Part shown: piece after piece, positions 42,924 to 50,671 of the stretch
Position numbering within the stretch: position 1 is the stretch's first letter
How the letters are laid out: every line of letters begins with the position of its first letter
Assembly: GCA_030602585.1 (NCBI GenBank)
Contig: JAUVZJ010000003.1
Location: forward strand, 5,047-69,046
Source of the DNA: Candidatus Methanophagales archaeon
GTDB lineage: Archaea; Halobacteriota; Syntropharchaeia; Alkanophagales; Methanospirareceae
Length of the DNA stretch: 64,000 bases
Direction of reading: 5' to 3'
Program-made: the position numbers and the translations under genes
Notes under the pieces: generated by a model
Told to the model about the DNA's origin: nothing
Seen by the model: the letters and a program-made list of their open reading frames with translations, nothing else
The model's database searches: none

Positions 42924-43128
42924 AGTACATTTCATCTAATTTTTGCGGACTGATTCTTACCTTTGGCAAGGTTTTAATTGCTTTTTTTATTTCTTTAATG
43001 TCCTCTAATGTGAGAATTCCCTTTTCCTTCTCTATTATAATTTTTGCTTTTCCCCCTTCCTTCAATTCCACCTTCTTCAGCGGCTTAAACACGCCATCCT
43101 CATAAACCACCTCAATCGTTTTTTGCAT
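42901..43128 (-). CDS. DUF104/AF2212-family antitoxin (copy 3)
   Basis: [20 protein letters not shown]. Confidence 0.9.
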   Translation of the reverse strand: MQKTIEVVYEDGVFKPLKKVELKEGGKAKIIIEKEKGILTLEDIKEIKKAIKTLPKVRISPQKLDEMYYEGKMLD

Positions 43129-43288
43129 CTCACAACACCTCCTTCTCTATATTATATTAGTGATTCTCAAAATATAAAATGTTTCATCGTGTAGATAGGA
43201 TATCCAACAATTACCTAACAACCAATAATCTGATGCCATATTATTCTTAAACTGCTTAAGTTCATTTCCACCGCTCAACCGATATAAT

Positions 43289-44014
43289 CTACAAAGAAAC
43301 TGAAAACGTTTCCCCTTTATTTCTTCTATTGAACTCATTTTGGCACTCCCTCATCGCATCCTTGAAATATCCTGTGTTATTCAAGAAGTGAACGAGAACC
43401 CGAAATGCTGCTGACACAATCGGCTGATCCATCTCCGACTGATACCCCTTTTTACCATGAAATAGATTGCATCGCACAAAATATAAAGCAGCAAGGGTGT
43501 GTGGCCAATCGAGCGGCACATCCTCTCCTGCATCTTGATGGCGTTTCCAGCATTTTGGCTAAAACTTGGCGACTCCTCTTCCTGCACTCAGGTAATGCTC
43601 TACAATTTCACGCCGAATTCTTTTTGATGGCAACGTTACTCGCGGTAATGATTGAACTTTGAAAATTGGCCAGAGTTCGTGAAATTCGTTAGCATAACTG
43701 TGTAGAGGGGATTTATTGTCTGAGACATGGCTGTTAAACTTCTGACAAATAGATTGGTCAAGCATTAGCGCATCCAGCCAACCACCTCGCTCATTGTCGA
43801 GTGTGGTGATGCAACTACCCCACCCATTAAGAGCAATCCATGCAAATATGAAAGGTTCAAAACTTTCTTCTTCTGGTGGGTAATCTTTCTTATCCCAGGC
43901 ACGCTTGAACCAGCCGACTATTAGACATTTTCCATCATGGTGCAAATGTTGGAAACGATTAAAATCTACACTGCCAATCAACTGCTCATTCCTAACCAGT
44001 TCTGGACATACCAT
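43289..44014 (-). pseudogene. HEPN-domain protein with one in-frame TAG
   Basis: FEPFIFAWIALN...LYFVRCNLFHG (RxxxxH); two track ORFs are in frame across TAG 43559-43561. Confidence 0.7.
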
Positions 44015-44153
44015 GGTTCAATATCTCCCCCAAACGATTCGTCTCTCTACAAACATCATTTACATCAAACGTTGCAATGTAAAAAGCTTTTGGTCAATTA
44101 AAAATAACTTTCGCTTGAAACTACATTAACCCTTCCTCTTTCGCTTTTAGATG

Positions 44154-44243
44154 TTAATCAACATTTATCTTCCTCGCAATGTCAGTTTCATCTGTTTCCA
44201 AAATTATGCTAAGAACGAAAGCGGTATCTAAAAAGACGACCAT
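44154..44243 (-). pseudogene. vapC: Truncated PIN toxin (first 29 codons)
   Basis: [14 protein letters not shown]... overlapping the antitoxin stop, then TAA. Confidence 0.65.
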
Positions 44244-44431
44244 AGTTCACTCCTCAATTCTTCTATTTTTTCGACGGAGATTTTGTTTTTTAGTTTTATC
44301 GGTTCAAAATCAATTTCTCCCTTTTTCTTCTCTTCCATTCTGATTTTCGCATGTTCACCTTCCTTCAATTCCACCTTCTCTAATGGCTTAAACACACCAT
44401 CCTCATACACTACCTCAATCGTTTTTTGCAT
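44228..44431 (-). CDS. DUF104/AF2212-family antitoxin (copy 4)
   Basis: [20 protein letters not shown]. Confidence 0.9.
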   Translation of the reverse strand: MQKTIEVVYEDGVFKPLEKVELKEGEHAKIRMEEKKKGEIDFEPIKLKNKISVEKIEELRSELWSSF

Positions 44432-44489
44432 CTGGCATCGCCTCTCTATTTCATCCTTGATTTTAAAATATTAATTTCTTTCATATAAA

Positions 44490-44528
44490 TTTTTGCATTT
44501 TTCATTTTGCACTCTACCTTTTGCAATA
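44490..44528. repeat. 5x7-mer block R4
   Basis: Same block with 2-3 mismatches. Confidence 0.85.
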
Positions 44529-44615
44529 ATCACCGCTCTTTTCATTTTGGCACCTCTTAATTTATCTTATCTCGTTTTGTTATACTTTTATATAGCCTTA
44601 AATTAAGTAATTATT

Positions 44616-44816
44616 ATGGCAACAACAATTACAATTAAGGAGGATACGAAGAAGGTTTTAGCAACGTTGAAAGGGAATAAGGACTGGGATTCTTTTTTGA
44701 AAGAGCTTGCCTTTGAATCAGGCTCTTTAGCGACAAGAAGGGAGCTTATAAGAAAGAGGTTGGAAGAACTTTTTGTTGAAGAAACAAGGGTGAGAGGATG
44801 GGCGAGGGATTATTGA
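44616..44816 (+). CDS. vapB: VapB-type antitoxin
   Basis: Small ORF overlapping PIN gene; TTTATATA box upstream. Confidence 0.8.
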   Translation: MATTITIKEDTKKVLATLKGNKDWDSFLKELAFESGSLATRRELIRKRLEELFVEETRVRGWARDY

Positions 44817-45172
44817 TAGATACCGATATTCTCATAGATTATGTGAAAGGCAGGCAGGAACTCCCGGATATTCGGATACTCATCTCGGAAGTGACTCTCT
44901 ATGAGTTTATAAGAGGCACAAAAGACATACCAGAGGCAAAAAAGTTGATTGAGGAAGGCTTTATCATCCTTTACCATGATAACCAAATAATCAGAAAAGC
45001 TTCAGAGATATGGGTCTCGATGAAAAAGACTGGTGAAATGATAGATGACCGAGACATACTCATAGCAGCGGCAGCCATCTCAAAACAAATTCCCTTATTC
45101 ACCAGAAATGTGAAACATTACGAGAGATTGAATAAATTCGGGCTAAATCTGAAGAATGATTTTTCTGTGTAA
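44798..45172 (+). CDS. vapC: PIN (VapC) toxin, intact
   Basis: LLIDTDILID, TLYEF, DDRDILIAA, LFTRNVKHY. Confidence 0.9.
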   Translation: MGEGLLIDTDILIDYVKGRQELPDIRILISEVTLYEFIRGTKDIPEAKKLIEEGFIILYHDNQIIRKASEIWVSMKKTGEMIDDRDILIAAAAISKQIPLFTRNVKHYERLNKFGLNLKNDFSV

Positions 45173-45251
45173 TAAAAATCTGCACACCATGCTTGATTTG
45201 TAACTGCTCAATATTCGGTGGACTTATAAATCCCAAACTCTAAACTAAGTG

Positions 45252-45291
45252 TTTTTGCATTTTTCATTTTGCACTCTGCATTTTGCAATTA
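45252..45291. repeat. 5x7-mer block R5
   Basis: Same block. Confidence 0.9.
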
Positions 45292-45431
45292 CCTTGACAT
45301 TGTCAGATTAACCGCAGAGTTCACGGAGAACGCAGAGAATGTAGGTTTAGAGGTTTAGGTTTTAGGGTTACTAATACCTGACAACTAACCCCTAACCCTT
45401 TATTTTCTCTGTGAACTCAGCGTTCTCGGCG

Positions 45432-45999
45432 GGCTTTGCTAATAAAGTACCTTTTGCTCGTAAAGTCTGATGTTTGCTCATAATGTAGAGGTGGAAGAGG
45501 CTTTACACTTTTATTCGGAAGGTTGTGCCTAAAGTCAGTGAGGTTGCAGGTTAATTGAAAAACTTATATAATCAACATCCGTAGAATTGTTTTACGCATG
45601 ACAAACTTTTTATCTGAAAACGTATGTAGTATTTATGGCGGATAAGGGGGTGGAAATGTGAGTATGGGAAAAAGAGGTCAACATCTTAGAGGAAGGTACT
45701 TTGCTACCAATTACATAATGGAGGAGAAAAGAAGAAAGAAGATGACGGAAGAACAAAAAAGGGCAGAGGATGTACTTGTATTGATACTCGGGGCTTTACT
45801 CATCGCTTTCTGTTGCTGTATTGCATTATAGATTTTTTGAGGCAGTCAACAAATATGCTCTCAGGATACTCAAAATTTCTGCACTTCTATTCATCTAAAG
45901 TTAGTATTTTAGGTGCAAAGCCGCTTTCCGTCATCTTGCTCATAATCTCTTTCGCCTGCTCACAAAGTCGCCTATTTTTTCGACTTTATTAGCAAAGCC
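45432..45999. mobile_element. Non-autonomous IS903-like (IS5 family) element, 568 bp
   Basis: Perfect 17-bp TIR GGCTTTGCTAATAAAGT; 9-bp TSD TTCTCGGCG (45423-45431, 46000-46008); no transposase ORF. Confidence 0.9.
45664..45831 (+). CDS. 55-aa passenger ORF with C-terminal TM and CCC motif
   Basis: MGKRGQH...VLVLILGALLIAFCCCIAL; purine-rich coding-like 5' half; not in ORF track. Confidence 0.45.
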   Translation: MGKRGQHLRGRYFATNYIMEEKRRKKMTEEQKRAEDVLVLILGALLIAFCCCIAL

Positions 46000-46050
46000 T
46001 TCTCGGCGGTAAATTTTAAATATGACAAAGTCAAGTTACTAACTAACTAT

Positions 46051-48297
46051 TTATATCTCCACCTCAACCACGGTCTTTTCAAAATACAACTCAACACCAT
46101 CACCTTTACCGTAAAACTTTACTTCCACGTTCGCATCGGTAACGTTGACGTCAAAATAAGAATTGTCCAATCCTGATTCTTCAAACGTCTTATTAAACCA
46201 GTTACCCCAGACGGAAGGATAGTCAGTGGTGACGTTGATAGTCAAATTCGGGTATTTCAAACCGTCAGCTAACAAATTGTAGCTTTTGAACCGGTTTTTC
46301 ACCGACGTGGTAGTTGAACCTGAGTAAGAACAGTTGGCGCCGGTCAAATCCACAGTGGAAATGCCTATTTTTGGAATCCCGCTTTCTTCGTCTTTGGTGA
46401 TGTCAATAGAAGGAGGTTGAAGCATGAATCCGCCTTCACTTTGATACTTAATCACCGCGCCGTGCTCATAGACAATCTCCTGGTTGGGGTAGTAGAGGTA
46501 ATTGGTTTTGAATTTGATGCTTCCGGAGGACATTGCTAAGGTAGGACTCTGTCCGGAGAAGGAATAATTGATTTTAACCTCGTGCAGAACAGGTGTTTCC
46601 GCGAGACTATCAGTGTATAATTCCGCACGATACTGAACGTAGCGATGACCATCGGATACCGAGGATAAATCGGAGATGTCCGAACCATTAGATACAGCGG
46701 GGTAGTTTTCCCAATCAAGAGAGGGGGGCATGTCCTCAAACATGTCCGTTCTGACTTTCATTACAAATGTCTGGTCGTTCAAAGTAGCGTCCCACGTCAT
46801 TTCGCCGTAACACGTGCTGTCGCTTGTCGTATCATGGACCGCAGATGTAAGGTAACCGAACGTGTGCTGCATGATAGAGGTGGTGTACTCTTCTTCGTAC
46901 ACGTAAACCCCTGATTCTCCTCCTGTTCCTCCTGCCACGCCTATTGCATCCACACCTGAATCAGCAGCACGTTCGAGAATGTTAACAGAACCGGACTCAT
47001 AGAATATCTTTATTCTTCCACCTGCTCCACCTCCGCCCCCTGTTCCACCGCCTGTATTACCATTACCACCAGCACCACCGGTTGCCGAAAGAATGGCTGT
47101 GCCTGAGATTGTAACGTCTTTTCCACGTATCATAATGCCGCCTCCACTGCCTCCGCTCCCTGCACCATCGTTACTGTGTGAACCAGATAGCCCATCTTCA
47201 CCATTGGCAGAAATGGTTCCTGCGAAGTTGATTTGCTCTGCATCTAATAAAATGGCTCCACCACCGCTCCCGCCACTTCCCCCTCCAGAGTGTCCAGTGC
47301 CACCAGCACCACCACCAGAGCCCATTTCTATGGTTAGACTTCCATAAGTGATTCCACCTGCACCACCACCATCTCCAGCACCCGCACCACCATTTCCACC
47401 GTAGCCTGCTCCGCCGCCTCCTTTACCCTTAGTACCTCCCGCACCACCTTTTCCTGCGCCCAATCCAACTCCATCTTCACCATTTTCAACTGCTCCTTCA
47501 CCGCCACTGAACCCCACGTAATCGGCGATTATTTTTGAGCCGGACTCTACGGTGATGCTGTTGGCATAGATTTTTAAAGTTCCGGTGGCAGGAGAAACGT
47601 ATAAAGTGCTATGGTTTTTGATTACGACCTGATCGAAGTTGTGCTCACCATCCAGCACCCTAATCTCGTTAATCTCGTCAACACCTAATCCCAGGTTTCC
47701 TTCAGGAGTGAACTTTGAAAGCTTCACCCTGTCAGAGGCGGTATCCACGTTTATCTGTTTAATTGCGGCATTAAAATCAGACGTTGTATTCTGCACCCAC
47801 GTTTCAGTTCCACTTCCACCGCCCTCAGCGGGAACTACGAGCTCGAATTTCTCAGCCTGCGGACTAAAGATCAGGTTTGACCCGGGCGAGGACATGCCGA
47901 AGATAAGGACTTTATCAGGCGCCATTTTTATTGGTATTACGCCTCCGGCAAGTTCGCTCTCGCCCTTTTTTAACACGATTCCATCAATAAGCGCTTTCAG
48001 TTCCGAGAAGTCATCTGCGACAGCGGCTGCATGTAGCGATTCATAAACCCCGGTCCACTCAGGGAGTTGAGCGGCGAAATAAATGGATGATGTCGCAATA
48101 AGGATACCTATAATCAGGACGAAGCCAATCACCGTTGATTGCGCATCTTCATCGTGAAGTAAGTGTTTATCTTGTATTTGTTTACCGCCGAGAGCACGGA
48201 GAGCGCTGAGATGAGCTAAATGATTTTTTCGACTCTCTGTGTTCTCTGCGGGCTCCGCGGTAAAGAAGTACATTTTTCTCCTCTTCTTCAAGGTCAT
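46051..48297 (-). CDS. Gly-rich pilin-like surface adhesin P4 (REP-like insert in leader)
   Basis: DEDAQ|STVIG; same conserved ends as P1-P3. Confidence 0.8.
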   Translation of the reverse strand: MTLKKRRKMYFFTAEPAENTESRKNHLAHLSALRALGGKQIQDKHLLHDEDAQSTVIGFVLIIGILIATSSIYFAAQLPEWTGVYESLHAAAVADDFSELKALIDGIVLKKGESELAGGVIPIKMAPDKVLIFGMSSPGSNLIFSPQAEKFELVVPAEGGGSGTETWVQNTTSDFNAAIKQINVDTASDRVKLSKFTPEGNLGLGVDEINEIRVLDGEHNFDQVVIKNHSTLYVSPATGTLKIYANSITVESGSKIIADYVGFSGGEGAVENGEDGVGLGAGKGGAGGTKGKGGGGAGYGGNGGAGAGDGGGAGGITYGSLTIEMGSGGGAGGTGHSGGGSGGSGGGAILLDAEQINFAGTISANGEDGLSGSHSNDGAGSGGSGGGIMIRGKDVTISGTAILSATGGAGGNGNTGGGTGGGGGAGGRIKIFYESGSVNILERAADSGVDAIGVAGGTGGESGVYVYEEEYTTSIMQHTFGYLTSAVHDTTSDSTCYGEMTWDATLNDQTFVMKVRTDMFEDMPPSLDWENYPAVSNGSDISDLSSVSDGHRYVQYRAELYTDSLAETPVLHEVKINYSFSGQSPTLAMSSGSIKFKTNYLYYPNQEIVYEHGAVIKYQSEGGFMLQPPSIDITKDEESGIPKIGISTVDLTGANCSYSGSTTTSVKNRFKSYNLLADGLKYPNLTINVTTDYPSVWGNWFNKTFEESGLDNSYFDVNVTDANVEVKFYGKGDGVELYFEKTVVEVEI

Positions 48298-48505
48298 TGT
48301 CCCGGTTCAATCCTAATTATAATAAATGAATAAGCAATATTTCATATAAAGCTATAACTATTTGATAAAAATATAACTAATATCTGTCATTTTTTTTCAA
48401 TCAATGGAAAAATCTAAATAGGGTATGCCACTACTGTTATAACGTTGAGATATGGTAGTGGAGACTGGTCGCCGAAAAAAGGCGTATAAAAAGTTAGGAG
48501 GTGAT

Positions 48506-49004
48506 ATGAAAAAAGTGAAAACGAGAATAAACAGACTAAGGGAGCTAATAAAGAACGAAGCAGCGGTTTCGCCTGTTATTGGTGTTATTCTGATGATTGC
48601 CATTACCGTTGTGATTGCGGCAGTTGTAGCTTCTTTTGCTTACGGCATCATCGGTGGCGTGGCAAAAGCGCCGAACTCTGCATTAGTTATTGAAGATGCC
48701 CGTGTAAGTGCTGGCACTACAAACATAACTGTGATTCACCACGGTGGAGATACGATTGTCGATGCGTTTACTGTTTCTGGCACTGCCCCTGACATTACCC
48801 TGACTACGTGGGATAATCTAATAGTGAAGCTTGGAGGTGTAGATATTCCTGAAGGAGACGTAAGAGTAGGTGGCAATAATGACACGAACTTTGTGAGTGG
48901 TGAGGAGCTAACCATCACCCTTGCAAAGCTTGAATCTGGCGATACAATCACAGTGGTTTACACTGCAACGGGGGGACATAATGCAAAGAGTGAAGGTGGC
49001 GTAG
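48506..49004 (+). CDS. Archaeal type IV pilin; natural C-terminus is out of frame at a G6 tract
   Basis: GGAGGTGA RBS; NEAA|VSPVIGVILMIAITVVIAAVV; removing one G at 48970-48975 gives TATGDIMQRVKVA-stop (49004); as written it reads through to 49114. Confidence 0.8.
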
Positions 49005-49145
49005 GCAGTAATTGCTCAATACCTTGCGGACTACAAATCCTGAATCCGAACTCCATTTGGTGCTTTGGATTGAGGATTTTTCGCTCTTTATTGAGCACGC
49101 TCGTTCGTTCGTAAGGAAAAGCGAAGAAAAGGGAGGACGCCAATC

Positions 49146-49640
49146 ATGGAAGAACCGAAAACGATGTTCAGGCGTTCGAGCGGTGCTCAGGCTATTGGTG
49201 AGGTGCTGTTGATTGCAATTGTTGTAGTAGTGGGAGCAATGGTGGGGACGATAGCTACTGTTTTCACGTCCGGAGTGTTCTGGAGTACGGTAAGTGATAA
49301 CCCGTCCGTTTCCATAGTAATAGAAGACGCAAGACCAGGGGCATCAAACATAACTCTGGTTCACCTTGGCAAGGAGAAAGTAGAAAATGCTTTTGCACCT
49401 TCTTCTCCTCCTTCCTATTTTGTGGATGCCGTGATATTTGAAGATATAGAGGTAAGAATAAACGGTTTGGTTTACGAAGGCTGGGCATCGCTGAACCGAG
49501 GTGAAATAGCAAAGCCCGGCTTTGAGGTTGGTGATGAGTTTGAGCTTGGTTTAGGGTCCGGTTGGACGCTTTCTCCGGGAGATAGGATTATGGTTATTTA
49601 CGTGCCAGGCGGTCACGTGCTGGCAGCTCAGAATGTGTAG
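49146..49640 (+). CDS. Type IV pilin-like protein
   Basis: SGAQ|AIGEVLLIAIVVVV; IEDARPG..NITLVH.G shared with 48506 pilin. Confidence 0.75.
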   Translation: MEEPKTMFRRSSGAQAIGEVLLIAIVVVVGAMVGTIATVFTSGVFWSTVSDNPSVSIVIEDARPGASNITLVHLGKEKVENAFAPSSPPSYFVDAVIFEDIEVRINGLVYEGWASLNRGEIAKPGFEVGDEFELGLGSGWTLSPGDRIMVIYVPGGHVLAAQNV

Positions 49641-49661
49641 TGTAAAGAATAAAAAAAGTCT

Positions 49662-50102
49662 ATGGAAGAACGTGTTATTACGAAGGTGCTGTTGATTGTA
49701 GTGATTGTGTTCGTGGTAGCTTTCACATCTGGAGTATTCCTGAGTACGGTAATTAAACTGTCCGTTACCATACTAATAGAAGACGCAGAAGTGGGGGCGT
49801 CAAACATAACCATTGTTCACCTTGGCAGGGACGTAGTAAGAGATGCTTTTGCTCCTTCCTCGCCTCCCTCTTATTTCGTTGATGCCACGATATTTGAAAA
49901 TATAGAGGTAAGAATAAACGGTGTGGTTTACGAAGGTTGGGCATCGCTGAACCGAGGTGAAATAGCAAAGCCCGACTTTGAGGTTGGTGATGAGCTTGAG
50001 CTTGGTTTAGCGTCTGGGTCTGGTTGGACGCTTTCTACGGGCGATAAGATTACTGTTGTTTACGTGCCTGGCGGTCAAGTGTTGGCAGCTCAGAATGTGT
50101 AA
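49662..50102 (+). CDS. Tandem paralog of the 49146 pilin with altered N-terminus
   Basis: C-terminal ~100 aa almost identical to 49146 ORF; no G/A-Q cleavage motif. Confidence 0.7.
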   Translation: MEERVITKVLLIVVIVFVVAFTSGVFLSTVIKLSVTILIEDAEVGASNITIVHLGRDVVRDAFAPSSPPSYFVDATIFENIEVRINGVVYEGWASLNRGEIAKPDFEVGDELELGLASGSGWTLSTGDKITVVYVPGGQVLAAQNV

Positions 50103-50269
50103 AGAATAAAGTACTTATTTACCGCTGAGCCCGCAGAGAACACAGAGAGATAGGAAAATCAGTTATCCTGTTAAGTCTCTCTTTTTCCGTCATCTCCGCG
50201 CTAAACAAATTCAGCCACTTAATCTCCTCTAACTTCTTTTCCACCTCGCTAAAATACTCACGAATCATA

Positions 50270-50545
50270 TCATATCGGTATCTCTTCTATGAGTTTTAGC
50301 TTCTTTCTCACATGTTCATAAGCTCGGTAAGCGAACAGAAAATCAAACCACTTTGCATCGTCACCTAAATCACCGGATTCAAACTTTTGAATAAATACCG
50401 CACTCGACATTTTATATTTCCTCTCAAAAGTCTCCAAATCCTTTTTATATTCGTCTAAACTTATTTTCAATATATTCGCTTCAATCGCCAGACCTGACTT
50501 GACGATAGGTATCGCCTCTTCCTTAATTGTAATTGTTGTTGCCAT
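50270..50545 (-). CDS. Orphan putative antitoxin (similar to 6756..7046 type)
   Basis: FERKYKMSS..F..KFESG.L.D...WFD; start reset to ATG 50545. Confidence 0.6.
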   Translation of the reverse strand: MATTITIKEEAIPIVKSGLAIEANILKISLDEYKKDLETFERKYKMSSAVFIQKFESGDLGDDAKWFDFLFAYRAYEHVRKKLKLIEEIPI

Positions 50546-50671
50546 AATAAACCCATTTGATTTAAGGCTATATAAAAGTATAATAAAGTTAGTATCGGAA
50601 TTTTTTATAAATTCCAAGTTGTCTATTCTTCCTCAACTATCCCAAAATATCAATCATCCAAAACAGATTGC

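Larger units (their letters stand above)
45293..46035. mobile_element. 166-bp MITE copy 3, interrupted by nested element
   Basis: 743 bp = 166 + 568 insert + 9 TSD; TTAC on both flanks. Confidence 0.85.

Noticed and set aside
43147-43338. 63-aa ORF as an intact gene
   Set aside because: N-terminus looks protein-like but overlaps the HEPN end and degrades quickly; family not recognised.
32611-45291. CRISPR array from the recurring 40-bp blocks
   Set aside because: Spacing is kilobases and the intervals hold whole genes; no cas genes.
32657-48297. Collagen or PE_PGRS assignment for P1-P4
   Set aside because: No sustained Gly-X-Y triplets and no PE domain; GG runs alternate with beta-strands.
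28581-50102. Classical integron or diversity-generating retroelement
   Set aside because: No tyrosine integrase, reverse transcriptase or adenine-specific TR/VR pair seen; attC consensus not evident. Only the analogy is kept.
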